Origin: an uncultured Acidobacteriota bacterium
GTDB taxonomy: Bacteria; Acidobacteriota; Thermoanaerobaculia; Multivoradales; UBA5704
Reading direction: 5' to 3'
NCBI GenBank assembly: GCA_963770895.1
Contig: CAVYRF010000002.1
Location: forward strand, 4,160,001-4,224,000
DNA: 64,000 bases
Below the pieces are notes generated by a model that was given only the letters and a program-made list of their open reading frames with translations, was not told where the DNA came from and searched no databases. A program made the position numbers and the translations under genes. This document shows positions 38,869-48,744 of the stretch, piece by piece; positions within the stretch are counted from its first letter, which is position 1; the number at the start of each line of letters is the position of its first letter.

Positions 38869-40131
38869 TCAGGCGGTGGCCTGCTCTTCCCAGACGCGGG
38901 CCAGCTGGACGATGAGCTGGACGGCCATTTCCATGTCGGCGATCGACACCCATTCGAGGCGAGAGTGGAAGTTCTGCTCGCCGGCAAAGAGGTTGGGCGT
39001 GGGCAGCCCCATGAAGCTCAGCTTGGAGCCGTCGGTGCCGCCGCGGATGGCGCGTTCGCGCGGCTCGATCCCGATGCGGCGCATGGCTTCGCGGGCGCGC
39101 TCGACGACCTGCGGGTGGTGGTCCAGAACCTCGCGCATGTTGCGATAGCTCTCTTCGATCCTGGTCTGCAAGGAGGCTCCCGGCCAGGCGCCGACGGTGT
39201 CGCCGGCCAGGCGCACCAGCATGTCCTCCTTCTCCTTGAGGCCGGCGGTCTGAAAGTCGCGCAGCAGCAGCTTGACCGCCGTCGCTTCGACACTGGCGCT
39301 GACCACGTAGGGGTGGACGTAGCCCTGGTAGCCGTCCGTGGTCTCGGGGGAGAGGCCGTCCTTGGGCAGGCGCGAGATGAAATCGGCGGCGACCTTGATC
39401 GAGTTGACCATCGTCCCCTTGGCATAGCCGGGATGGGTGTTGCGGCCCTGGAAGGTGACGGTCAGCGCGTCGGCGGAGAAGCTTTCATATTCCAGCTCGC
39501 CGCGGGCGCCGCCGTCCATGGTGTAGGCGCACAGGGCGCCGAACTTCGCCACGTCGAAGTAGCGGGTGCCGGCCCCGACCTCCTCGTCGGGGGTGAAGGC
39601 GACGCGGATCGCGCCGTGCGGGATGTGAGGATGGGTCACCAGGTATTCGACGGCGGCCATGATCTCCGCCACCCCCGCCTTGTTGTCGGCACCCAGCAGG
39701 GTGGCGCCCGAGGCGGTGATGATGTCGTCGCCGATGCGCTCGCGCAGGTAGGGGATGTCGGCCGGGCGCAGCACCGCCCCCGGCGCGTCCGGCAGCACCA
39801 GGTCCTGTCCCTGGTAGTTGCGGTGGACCAGCGGCTTGACGCCTTCGCCGCTCATTTCGGGCGACGTATCGACGTGGGCGACGAAGCCGATGACCGGCAC
39901 CCCGGTCTTGGCCGTGGTGGCCGGCACGGTGGCCGTGACGTAGCCGTGCTGATCGATCGCGGCGTCGGCCAGGCCCAGCTGGCGCAGCTCGTCGACCAGC
40001 AGGCGCAGCAGGACCAGCTGCTTGTCGGTGCTGGGATAGGTGGTCGACGTTTCGCTCGACTGGGTATCGAACGTCACGTAGCGCAGGAATCGCTCGGCGC
40101 AGCTGGTGGTTGGAAACGGCGGTTCGGGCAT
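38869..40131 (-). CDS. pepT: Peptidase T (M20B tripeptidase)
   Basis: ERFLRYV, AHVDTS, LGADNKAG, FTPDEEVG, HPGYAKG, IRGGTDG, NFHSRLEW. Confidence 0.95.
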   Translation of the reverse strand: MPEPPFPTTSCAERFLRYVTFDTQSSETSTTYPSTDKQLVLLRLLVDELRQLGLADAAIDQHGYVTATVPATTAKTGVPVIGFVAHVDTSPEMSGEGVKPLVHRNYQGQDLVLPDAPGAVLRPADIPYLRERIGDDIITASGATLLGADNKAGVAEIMAAVEYLVTHPHIPHGAIRVAFTPDEEVGAGTRYFDVAKFGALCAYTMDGGARGELEYESFSADALTVTFQGRNTHPGYAKGTMVNSIKVAADFISRLPKDGLSPETTDGYQGYVHPYVVSASVEATAVKLLLRDFQTAGLKEKEDMLVRLAGDTVGAWPGASLQTRIEESYRNMREVLDHHPQVVERAREAMRRIGIEPRERAIRGGTDGSKLSFMGLPTPNLFAGEQNFHSRLEWVSIADMEMAVQLIVQLARVWEEQATA

Positions 40132-40299
40132 GGCGTCGGGGTCCTCGGCAGGGTTGTCCGTCGTCGTCGGTTGGCGGCGAAAGGCCTTTGGGCGGCCATC
40201 CTGGTACTCTACTACCGAGAGCGCGGCGACGATGCGGTGGCGGGTTGGGAGGCGGGCCGGGCCGTGGTTCCGGCGGTGGCCGGCAGATAGGAGACGACG

Positions 40300-42576
40300 A
40301 TGCACCACCTCTCGCGACCTCAGATCCCGCCCCGATGGCCAGGCCGGAGCAGCGGCGCGCTCGCGGCCGCGGTGCTCGTGGGGGCGGCTCTTGCCGCGGG
40401 TTTCGCCGCGCCTCCGGCGGCGGCGCAGGGCAACGCCTTCGGCATGAACATCCACGAGCCGACCGGCTCGGACCTGACGCTGATCATGAACAAGCTGCAG
40501 GCGGCCGGCATCGGCTGGGCCAACATGTCGATCGTCTGGCCGTACGTCCAGCCGACGCAGGGGGCCTACGACTGGAGCACCTACGACGCCATCGTCGCCG
40601 CCGCCAAGGCGCACGGCATCACGCTGCTGGCCAGCCCGCTGTACACGCCCGATTGGGCGGCCAGCGCGCCGGCGCCGACCTGGACGGCGGTGCCGACGAC
40701 CGCGGCCTGGATGGACTTCTGCACCCAGGCGGCGACGCACTTCAAGGGATCGATCCAGTACTGGCAGATCTGGAACGAGCCCAACCAGGCGGAGTTCTGG
40801 GCCGGCACTCGCCAGCAGTACATCGACCAGCTGCTCATCCCGTGCGCCGACGCCATCCACGCCGCGGACCCCACCGCCCAGGTGGGAGGCCCGGCGCTGG
40901 CGCACCTGACCAGCGCCGACTGGTACGACTGGCTGACCGACGTGCTGCAGCAGGCCGGCCCCCACCTGGATTTTGTGACCCACCACACCTACGACACCGG
41001 CGGCAACAAGAACGTGACGCAGAAGCTGACGGCTTCGACGCTCTTCGGCGGCTCGCCGGACCTGTGGAGCCTGTCGCCGCCGTCGGTGCGCGAGGTGCTG
41101 CAGTACGTCGGGTGGTTTGGCAAGCCCTTCTGGCTGACCGAGACCGGCTGGGAGTCGCAGCCGATCGGCGAAGCGCAGCAGGCGGCCTACTACACCGGCA
41201 TGCTCAACGACTGGTTCAGCGGCCAGTCGGGGCAGACCTGGATGACGCGCATTTTCTTTTACGAGATGCAGGACCCGCCCAACAGCTCAACCTGGGGCAT
41301 CCTGAACGCCGACGGCACCCCCAAGGAGGCCTACTCCGCCTACCAGACCTTCATCTCCGGACAGGCGCCGCCGCCGCCGGCGGCCGACAACGCCACGCTG
41401 GTATCGGCCAACCTGCCGGTCACCATGGATGCCGGGCAGACCATCACGGTGCGCCTCACCTTCCAAAACAGCGGCACCTCGACCTGGACCGCCGCCAACA
41501 ACTACAAGCTGGGGGCGGTGGGGGACAACGATCCCTTCGCGGCGGCGCGGCAGCTGCTCAGCGCGTCGCAGCGGATCGCGCCCGGCCAGCAGGTGACGTT
41601 CAGCTTCCCGTTCACCGCGCCGGCCACCGCCGGCACCTACACCTCGTCGTGGCAGATGCTGCGCGAAGGGGTAACCTGGTTCGGCGCCACGACGACGCAG
41701 CAGGTGACCGTCAATCCGGCGCCGCCGGCGGCCGAGCGGACGCTGGCGCTGCTCGACCAGCGCTTCGCCGTGACCGTCAGCTGGCACGATCCGACCAGCG
41801 GCAACGCCGGCGACGGGATTGCGGTGCCCGACACCGACGAGACGGGTACTTTCTGGTTCTTTTCGTCGACCCAGGCCGACCTGGCGGCGAAGTTCGTCGA
41901 CGGGCGGGCGGTCAACAATCACTTCTGGTTTTTCTACGGCGCGCTGACCAACGTCGAGTACTGGATCACCGTGACCGACCTGCTGCGCGGGACGACGGCG
42001 ACCTATTACAACCCACCGGGCAACCTGTGCGGCCAGGCTGACACCTCGACGTTTGGCGACGAGCACTCGTCGGGCAAGCGCGCGCCGGCCGGCGCGGTGT
42101 CGGTGTCGGTGCCAGCGGCGGCGTCTGACGGCGAGGCGGCGGCACGCGGGCCGGCGGCCGAAAAGCCGCTGGCGTGGCGGTGGATGCAGGTGGCGGCGGC
42201 GCCGCCGGTGGCGACGCCGGCGGCGGCAGCCGCGCCCTCCTGTGCCGGCAGCGCGCAGGACCTGTGCCTGTTCGGCGACCGGTTCCAGGTGAGCGTCACC
42301 TGGCAGACGCCGTACGGCACCACGGGCGCCGGCATGGCGGAGACCTCCAACGAGGACAGCGGCACGTTCTCGTTCTTCGATCCGTCGGCCATCGACCTGG
42401 TGGTCAAGGTGGTCGACGGTCGGTCGGTGACCGGCAAGTTCTGGTTCTTCTACGGCGCGCTGACCAACGTCGCCTACACCATCACCCTGACCGACACCGT
42501 GACCGGCAGCTCGAAGCAGTACCAGAACGCGCAGGGCAACCTGTGCGGCCTGGGCGACACCAGCGCCCTGAACTGA
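40300..42576 (+). CDS. Secreted clan GH-A glycoside hydrolase with an NBR1-type Ig-like domain and two C-terminal repeat domains
   Basis: Signal peptide; IWNEPN (acid/base), WLTETGW (nucleophile); FQNSGTSTW...WQM Ig-like domain; FWFFYGALTNV repeats. Confidence 0.85.
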   Translation: MHHLSRPQIPPRWPGRSSGALAAAVLVGAALAAGFAAPPAAAQGNAFGMNIHEPTGSDLTLIMNKLQAAGIGWANMSIVWPYVQPTQGAYDWSTYDAIVAAAKAHGITLLASPLYTPDWAASAPAPTWTAVPTTAAWMDFCTQAATHFKGSIQYWQIWNEPNQAEFWAGTRQQYIDQLLIPCADAIHAADPTAQVGGPALAHLTSADWYDWLTDVLQQAGPHLDFVTHHTYDTGGNKNVTQKLTASTLFGGSPDLWSLSPPSVREVLQYVGWFGKPFWLTETGWESQPIGEAQQAAYYTGMLNDWFSGQSGQTWMTRIFFYEMQDPPNSSTWGILNADGTPKEAYSAYQTFISGQAPPPPAADNATLVSANLPVTMDAGQTITVRLTFQNSGTSTWTAANNYKLGAVGDNDPFAAARQLLSASQRIAPGQQVTFSFPFTAPATAGTYTSSWQMLREGVTWFGATTTQQVTVNPAPPAAERTLALLDQRFAVTVSWHDPTSGNAGDGIAVPDTDETGTFWFFSSTQADLAAKFVDGRAVNNHFWFFYGALTNVEYWITVTDLLRGTTATYYNPPGNLCGQADTSTFGDEHSSGKRAPAGAVSVSVPAAASDGEAAARGPAAEKPLAWRWMQVAAAPPVATPAAAAAPSCAGSAQDLCLFGDRFQVSVTWQTPYGTTGAGMAETSNEDSGTFSFFDPSAIDLVVKVVDGRSVTGKFWFFYGALTNVAYTITLTDTVTGSSKQYQNAQGNLCGLGDTSALN

Positions 42577-42745
42577 CGGGCGGCAAGGCAGTTCGGCAGA
42601 GGAGCAGGTGCGAAAGGTGCGAAAAGATGCGTCCTGACGCAACCGCTCCTTGCCGGCCCTGCGCCGCGGCGCGCGACCGCACCCGCCGGAGCGTTTGGCA
42701 ACCGGTCCGCGGCAGGCGCCCCTCGGGACCGGGAAACGACTGTGT

Positions 42746-42775
42746 TTGACGGAAGATACGAGGCAGTGCTACCAT
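42746..42775 (+). promoter_or_regulatory. Putative sigma70 promoter of the FHA-GGDEF gene
   Basis: TTGACG, 18-bp spacer, TGc-TACCAT. Confidence 0.5.
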
Positions 42776-42882
42776 TCTGACCCCATCGGCACCCTCGGGG
42801 GAGGACACGCCATTATTTGCTGTCAGCGGGCGAACGCCCGACTCACGTCTTCCTGTCTTCAAGCGATTTGAACTGGCGAACC

Positions 42883-43905
42883 ATGGACGAGCAGGCGCAC
42901 ACCTCTGACTCGAAGGCTGGCCGGGATATGGACCCGGACACCGACGGCATCGACCTGACGGCGCTCCAGGAGAGCGGCACCACGCAGTCGTTCGAAACCG
43001 CGACTCGCGAGCGCATCGAGCGCGGCGTGAGCCTGCCCGAATCGGAGGCGGACGTGATCCTGATCGCCCATCCCGATTCGCAGCGCCTGGGGTCGCGCTA
43101 CCGGCTGTCGCCGGGAACGGTGCTCGAAGTCGGCCGCTCGCCGGCGGTGGGGCTGAGCCTGCCCGAGGTGATGTCGGTGTCGCGCAAGCATGCGCGGCTG
43201 CGCTATGCCGGGCCGGTGGTGACGATCGAAGACCTGGGCTCGACCAATGGCACCTTCGTCAACGGGCGGCCCATCCAGGGGCGCACCGTGCTCAAGAGCG
43301 GCGACCGCTTTCAGACCGCCGCGGTGCATTTCAAGTTCCTGCACGAGCAGGACGTCGAAAGCGCCTATCACCTGGCGATCTACGAACTGGTGGCGCGCGA
43401 CGGGCTGACCGAGATCTTCAACAAGCGGAAGTACGAAGAAGAGGTGCAGCGCGAGTACGCGCGCGCCGTGCGCCACCACCGGCCGCTGTCGCTGGTGCTG
43501 TTCGATCTCGACGATTTCAAGCAGATCAACGACAGCTTCGGGCACCTGTGCGGCGACTTCGTGCTCAAGCAGGTGGCCTCCATCGCCCGCGAGCTGACGC
43601 GGCCCGAAGAGGTGCTGGCGCGGGTCGGAGGCGACGAATTTGCCATCCTGGCGCCCGAAACCGGCATCGCCGGCGCCGAAACCCTGGCGCTCAAGCTGCG
43701 CGAGCGCATCCAGGCGTACGAGCACCGCTACGGGGAAGTGAAGATCAGCGTCCGCTGCTCGTGCGGCGTCGCCGAGCTGGCGCCCGAGATGAGCTCGCCG
43801 CAGGATCTCTACCAGGCGGCGGACGCCGCGCTGCTGCTGTCCAAGCGCACCGGCCGCAACCGCGTCACCGTGCGCGGCGGCCAGCTGGCCGCCGGCGGCT
43901 CGTAG
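42883..43905 (+). CDS. FHA-domain diguanylate cyclase
   Basis: FHA (VGR, VSRKHA, DLGSTNGTFVNG); DGLT, DDFKQINDSFGH, intact GGDEF. Confidence 0.93.
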   Translation: MDEQAHTSDSKAGRDMDPDTDGIDLTALQESGTTQSFETATRERIERGVSLPESEADVILIAHPDSQRLGSRYRLSPGTVLEVGRSPAVGLSLPEVMSVSRKHARLRYAGPVVTIEDLGSTNGTFVNGRPIQGRTVLKSGDRFQTAAVHFKFLHEQDVESAYHLAIYELVARDGLTEIFNKRKYEEEVQREYARAVRHHRPLSLVLFDLDDFKQINDSFGHLCGDFVLKQVASIARELTRPEEVLARVGGDEFAILAPETGIAGAETLALKLRERIQAYEHRYGEVKISVRCSCGVAELAPEMSSPQDLYQAADAALLLSKRTGRNRVTVRGGQLAAGGS

Positions 43906-43926
43906 CCCCCACCCCCGCCGCGTCGC

Positions 43927-46131
43927 TCAGCGTGGCGCCCCGGCAGGCCCGGCGCCCCCGGCAGCCCCGGCACCCCCGGCAGGCATCGCCTGGTTGAGCA
44001 GGTAGGTCTTCAGGAAAACGATCGAAACCGTGCGCAGGTAGTCGATGTTGACCTTTTTCTGGTAGCCGTGGCCTTCGTCCTTGGCCGCGACGTACCAGAC
44101 GGGGATGCCGTTGGCTTCCACCGCGGCGACGATCTGGTCGGATTCCGACAGCGGCACGCGCGGGTCGTTGGCGCCGCCCGCCACCAACAGCGGCTTGCGG
44201 ATGTCGCCGGCGTGGTGGAGCGGCGCGATGCTCTCCAGGAACTGCCGCATCTTGGGATCGCGTTCGTCGCCGTATTCGACCCGGCGCAGGTCGCGGCGAT
44301 ACGACTGGGTGTGCTCGAGGAAGGTGACGAAGTTGCTGATGCCCACGGTGTCGAAGCCGCAGGCCAGGCGGTTGCTGTAGTGGGTCATGGCGGCGAGCGT
44401 CATGTAGCCGCCGTAGGAGCCGCCCGCCACCATCACGTGCGACGCGTCGAGGTCGGGCTGGGTGGCGATCCAGTCGAGCAGCGCGCCGATGTCCTTGACC
44501 GAGTCTTCGCGCTTGTCGGCGTTGTCCAGGGCCAGGTAGGTCTTGCCGTAGCCTGAAGAGCCGCGCACGTTGGGCGCGATGATGGCCACGCCCAGCTCGT
44601 CCACCAGGTAGTTGAGGCTGCCCAGGAAGTTGGGCCGGGTCTGCGCTTCGGGGCCGCCGTGGATGGTGATGTAGACCGGCCGCGGCCCCGGATAGCGGGC
44701 GGCGTCCGGCCGGTAGACGAAGGCCGGAATGGTGCGCCGCACGCCGCCGCTGCTGGCATCGCTGGCATTGCCGGGTTCGCCGGCGTGGACCGTGTCGAAC
44801 GTCGGATAGCGCACCAGCGCCGGCACGGCGAAGCGCCGCGGGTCCAGGCCGCCGGTTTCGCTGGCCGTCCAGCGCTCGACGCGCCCCGCGTCGACGTCGC
44901 AGGAGTAGACGTCGAACGGCGCGCGCGCCCAGCTCAAGGCGAAGGCCAGCTCGTGGGTGCCGCGCCGGAAGCGCGGTTCGGTCGCCACCCCCTGCGGCAG
45001 CTCCGGCACCGCCAGCTCGGCGCCGGTGGCGGTGTTCAGGACGTGCAGGCGGCTGATGCCTTCCTCGTTGGCGAAAAACGCCAGGCGGGCGCCGTCGCTC
45101 GACAGGTCCAGGCTCTCCACGTCCCACGGCAGGGCGCCGGGCAGCGCGGTTTCGGCGCCCGTGGCGACGTCGAGGCGCACCAGATGCAGAAACTCGCCTT
45201 CCCGGTTGCTGGCGGTGTAGACGCTGGCGCCGTCCGGGGACCAGCGCGCCATCTGGTAGTACGCGGTCGGGCCGGGCCGTCGCGGCGTCAGGGCCGAAAC
45301 CTTGCCGGTGGCGATGTCCACCACCTGCAGGTACGACTCGGCGACGGAGATGGTGTGCAGCAGCAGCAGCCGCCGGTCGTCCGGGCTCCAGTCGAGGGTC
45401 TCCCAATCGCCCTCGTGCTCGGCCACCCGCCGCTCGCTGCCGGCCTGCGACGGGTCGGCCACGTACAGGTCGAAGTCGCGCCCGTTGCGCGCGTTGGACA
45501 GGTACGCCAGGAGCTTGCCGGAGCGCGACCACAAGGGCGCCTGGTGGCGGTGCACGCCGTCGGTGATGCGGCGGGTGTGGCCGCTGCGGCGGTCGAGCAG
45601 CATCAGCTGGAAGTTTTCGCTGCCGCCCGGATTGAGCGAAAAGAGCACCTGCGAGGGATCGCCCGGCCGGTATGCGGCGGTGTTGATCTGGTCGTCGTAA
45701 AAGGTGACCTGGGAGCGCGCGCCGAGCGGCGCCGCCACCTCGTGCACCTGTGCCGCCTGGCCGAAGCGGGTCAGGATCAGCATGCGCCGTCCCTGGGTAT
45801 CCCAATCGGCGAAAGCGGCGCTGCGCATGTTCTCGTGGGCACGCAGCTCTTCGGTCGCGGCTCGCGGAATCGCCGGCACATGGCGCGCCACGATGCTTTC
45901 AGGAGTCGGCAGCAGCTCGTCCGGCGCCATGGAGGCCCCGGCGCTGGTGGTCGCCACCTGGATCGGCGGCGTGGCCGGCTTGGCGCCGGCGGGCAGGGAT
46001 GCGGTGGCGGGGGCCGCCGCCGTGGCAGCGGCCGCGTGAGCAGCGGATTGGGTCATCATGGTTACCGGTGGCAGCGCCACAAGAGCAAGCAGCCATGCAC
46101 GGGAGGTGCGGCGCAGCGGCATGGAAAGCAT
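43927..46131 (-). CDS. Secreted S9 (prolyl oligopeptidase) family peptidase
   Basis: Beta-propeller WSPDG repeats; IHGGPE, GGSYGG, NDPRV, DEGHG. Confidence 0.93.
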   Translation of the reverse strand: MLSMPLRRTSRAWLLALVALPPVTMMTQSAAHAAAATAAAPATASLPAGAKPATPPIQVATTSAGASMAPDELLPTPESIVARHVPAIPRAATEELRAHENMRSAAFADWDTQGRRMLILTRFGQAAQVHEVAAPLGARSQVTFYDDQINTAAYRPGDPSQVLFSLNPGGSENFQLMLLDRRSGHTRRITDGVHRHQAPLWSRSGKLLAYLSNARNGRDFDLYVADPSQAGSERRVAEHEGDWETLDWSPDDRRLLLLHTISVAESYLQVVDIATGKVSALTPRRPGPTAYYQMARWSPDGASVYTASNREGEFLHLVRLDVATGAETALPGALPWDVESLDLSSDGARLAFFANEEGISRLHVLNTATGAELAVPELPQGVATEPRFRRGTHELAFALSWARAPFDVYSCDVDAGRVERWTASETGGLDPRRFAVPALVRYPTFDTVHAGEPGNASDASSGGVRRTIPAFVYRPDAARYPGPRPVYITIHGGPEAQTRPNFLGSLNYLVDELGVAIIAPNVRGSSGYGKTYLALDNADKREDSVKDIGALLDWIATQPDLDASHVMVAGGSYGGYMTLAAMTHYSNRLACGFDTVGISNFVTFLEHTQSYRRDLRRVEYGDERDPKMRQFLESIAPLHHAGDIRKPLLVAGGANDPRVPLSESDQIVAAVEANGIPVWYVAAKDEGHGYQKKVNIDYLRTVSIVFLKTYLLNQAMPAGGAGAAGGAGPAGAPR

Positions 46132-46236
46132 CGGTCCTCCGCAAGGTACGCCAGCGATCGAACCGCGAGTCTAGCAGGGTCGCGGCGTCTTGGCGCGCCG
46201 CCTGGCGCCCAGCGTGCCGGGCGCGCGGGCGGGCGC

Positions 46237-46998
46237 TCAGGGTGCGCGGCGATCCAGGCGGCGGGCGACCAGCAGGAACTGGCGCGCCCAGCGGCTGCAC
46301 GCGCCGGGGGGGGCAGGGCGTTCGCGGCGGTGGGCGGTGACGAGCGACGGCATGGCGAGCGGGCCGATCGTGAGGTGGTGGCCGTAGAACAGCTGGCGGT
46401 CGATGGTGAAGCCTGCGGTGCCGAGGGCGGCGGTGAGGGATGGAGGATCGTGGGCGGTGAAGCGGCCTTGGGTGAAGCGGCGTCGCCAGCCCAGCGCCTT
46501 GGCTGCGACGAGCAGCAGGCTGCCGCGGTTCATGGCGGTCAGGCAGAGCGTGCCGCCGGGCGCCAGGACGCGGGCGGCTTCGGCGAGGAAGGCTGCCGGG
46601 TTGGGCAGGTAGCCGAGCAACGAGACGGCCGTCAGGCCGTGGCAGCAGGCGTTCGGCAGGGCGAGGGCCGCAACGTCGCCGGTGAAAAAGGCGATGCCGG
46701 CGTCGTGCGTGCGGGTGTCCTGGCTGGCCGCGGGCCAGGCGTCGGCGCCGCGCCGCCAGCGGTGCCGTGCGTAGGCGGCCATGCGCGGGTCGCGATCGCA
46801 GGCTACGACGCGCGCGCCGTGCGCAGCCAGGGCGGCGGCCAGGTGGCCGGTGCCGCTGCCGGCGTCGACCCAGAGGTCGCCGGGGCGCAGGCGCGGGGCG
46901 CACTCCTCCAGACATAGCTCCAGGCCGCGGCGGAACAGGGCGCCGCCGGCGTCGGGCCGGTCGTGCACCTGCGCCCAGGCCGCGGGGTCAAGGCGCAT
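46237..46998 (-). CDS. Class I SAM-dependent methyltransferase
   Basis: VDAGSGTG motif I, FTGDV, AARVLAPGG. Confidence 0.85.
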   Translation of the reverse strand: MRLDPAAWAQVHDRPDAGGALFRRGLELCLEECAPRLRPGDLWVDAGSGTGHLAAALAAHGARVVACDRDPRMAAYARHRWRRGADAWPAASQDTRTHDAGIAFFTGDVAALALPNACCHGLTAVSLLGYLPNPAAFLAEAARVLAPGGTLCLTAMNRGSLLLVAAKALGWRRRFTQGRFTAHDPPSLTAALGTAGFTIDRQLFYGHHLTIGPLAMPSLVTAHRRERPAPPGACSRWARQFLLVARRLDRRAP

Positions 46999-48709
46999 GG
47001 TCGTCCTCGGGCGCGGCGGCGGCCGGTTGCGGCGCGGCGGACGGATCGTCGGCCGCGGGCAGGACGCGCCGGATCTTGTGGCCGGCGCCGGTTTGCAGCG
47101 GCCGGCGCTCGATGGTGAGGGCGCCGCCGGCGAACCAGAGCTTGGCGGCGAGGGCGCCGCCGGGCAGCTGGGGGAGGGTTTGGCACAAGATCGCTTGCAG
47201 GGCTTGGGGCGCGACGGGGCTGGGTGGGGCGAGCGCGATGCGCAGGCGGCCGTTGGGATCGCCGGCGGCGGCGTCCAGCAGCTGGATCTGGAAGTCGTCG
47301 GGGCTGCCGCCCAGGGTCGCGACCGCTTGCTCGACCAGGCGGGCAAAGTCGAGCTGTCCCAGCTTCACGCCTTCGGCGGACAGCTTGGTGGGGTTGTGGA
47401 CCTGGCTGACGTGCAGGGAGAGGCCGGCGCGCCCCAGGGCACAGTCGCAGGCGTGGCGGCGCAGGGTGCCGTGGTCGCCCAGCTCGACGTTCAACAGGAC
47501 TTTGGGCGCGGCCAGGGAGAGCGAGGTGAAGGCGAGGGGGCCGCGGGCGGCGCCGGCACCTCGGTCGTGGTCGTCGGAGCCGCGGGGGTCCGGGTCGCCG
47601 CCGAGGATGGCCAGGCGGTCGGCGTAGACGTGCATTTCGTCGCCCTGTGCGGCGGGGCAGGCGCCGGCGATGAAGCCGGTTTCGGTGGCGACGTAGCGGG
47701 CGACGACGCGCGCTCCCGCTGCCTCCAGGTCGGCGCGGCGCGCGTCGGTGAGCGGCTCGCCGCCGGCGAAGACGACGGTGCCGGAGAGGTCCAGGCCGGC
47801 CTTGCGGGCGGCGCGGCCGACGCGGGCAGCGGCGCCGGCGAAGCATTTGAGCGCGGCCGGGCGGGGCGCCGCCGCCAGCCAGCGGGCGATCGCTGCGGCG
47901 TCGTCGGCCTGCACCCATTCGATCGCGGGGCCCAGGCGGGGCAGCAGCCGGCGGGCCAGGCGCCAGGCGCGTTCGACGCGGAACGCCGTGCCGTCGGCGG
48001 GGCGGGGCGGCGAACCCGGCGCGAACCAGCGCGCCGGCGGGCGGCCCAGCTTGGCGTGGACCAGCAGGTTGTGCAGGCCGGCGATGCCCGGCGGTCCGGG
48101 AAGCCAGAAGGCCAGGGGCGCCGCGGTCAGGCCGTGGCTGGCGAGCAGCAGCGCCTCGTCGGCCGCTTCCTGCTCCAGGAAGGGCCAGCCGTAGCGGACC
48201 GGCAGGCGTCCCGCTCCTGTCGAGCCGCTGGTGGCGCCGGCGACGCCGCCGCCCAGGTGCGGATTGTCGAAGTCGCCGGCGGTCAGGTGCAGCTCCAGGC
48301 CGGCGCGGCGCAGCGGCGCGCTGCCGCGGAACTCGTCGGCGGTGACGACGACACCGGCATCGCGCAGGTGCGCGAGCGTCGCTTCGAGGCCGTCCGCCGC
48401 CACCATGCCGCGCAGGTCGCCCGGTTCGCAGCCAGCCCAGACCAGCAGGCGCCGGAAGGGGCTTGCCGGCACGCTCCAGACCAGGCGGTCGAGCGACGCC
48501 AGGAAGGCCGCCTCGCCGGCCCGTCCGCAAGGCTCGCGATCCTGGTGATCGTTCTGATCGTTGCGGTCGCCGGCCTGGCCCGCCGGTGCCGGCTGGCCCA
48601 GGCGATCGGCAACCGCCCGCGCCGCGGCAGCCAGGGAGAGCGGGCGGCGCAGGAAGCCGGGCAGGCCCGCGGCCTGGCGGGCGAGAGCGAAGTCGTCGCG
48701 CCAGGGCAT
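46988..48709 (-). CDS. Adenylate-forming enzyme, PaaK/CapK-like (ANL superfamily)
   Basis: ATSGSTG P-loop, GGEPL, RYVATETG, LNVELGD. Confidence 0.7.
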   Translation of the reverse strand: MPWRDDFALARQAAGLPGFLRRPLSLAAAARAVADRLGQPAPAGQAGDRNDQNDHQDREPCGRAGEAAFLASLDRLVWSVPASPFRRLLVWAGCEPGDLRGMVAADGLEATLAHLRDAGVVVTADEFRGSAPLRRAGLELHLTAGDFDNPHLGGGVAGATSGSTGAGRLPVRYGWPFLEQEAADEALLLASHGLTAAPLAFWLPGPPGIAGLHNLLVHAKLGRPPARWFAPGSPPRPADGTAFRVERAWRLARRLLPRLGPAIEWVQADDAAAIARWLAAAPRPAALKCFAGAAARVGRAARKAGLDLSGTVVFAGGEPLTDARRADLEAAGARVVARYVATETGFIAGACPAAQGDEMHVYADRLAILGGDPDPRGSDDHDRGAGAARGPLAFTSLSLAAPKVLLNVELGDHGTLRRHACDCALGRAGLSLHVSQVHNPTKLSAEGVKLGQLDFARLVEQAVATLGGSPDDFQIQLLDAAAGDPNGRLRIALAPPSPVAPQALQAILCQTLPQLPGGALAAKLWFAGGALTIERRPLQTGAGHKIRRVLPAADDPSAAPQPAAAAPEDDHAP

Positions 48710-48744
48710 GGTGTGGTGTCGTCCGGTCGGCGCTTCGTCTAGCG

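Noticed and set aside
42581-42882. c-di-GMP-I riboswitch before the GGDEF gene
   Set aside because: GAAA and GACGCAA elements are present, but the GGCAAAC and P2/P3 architecture is not
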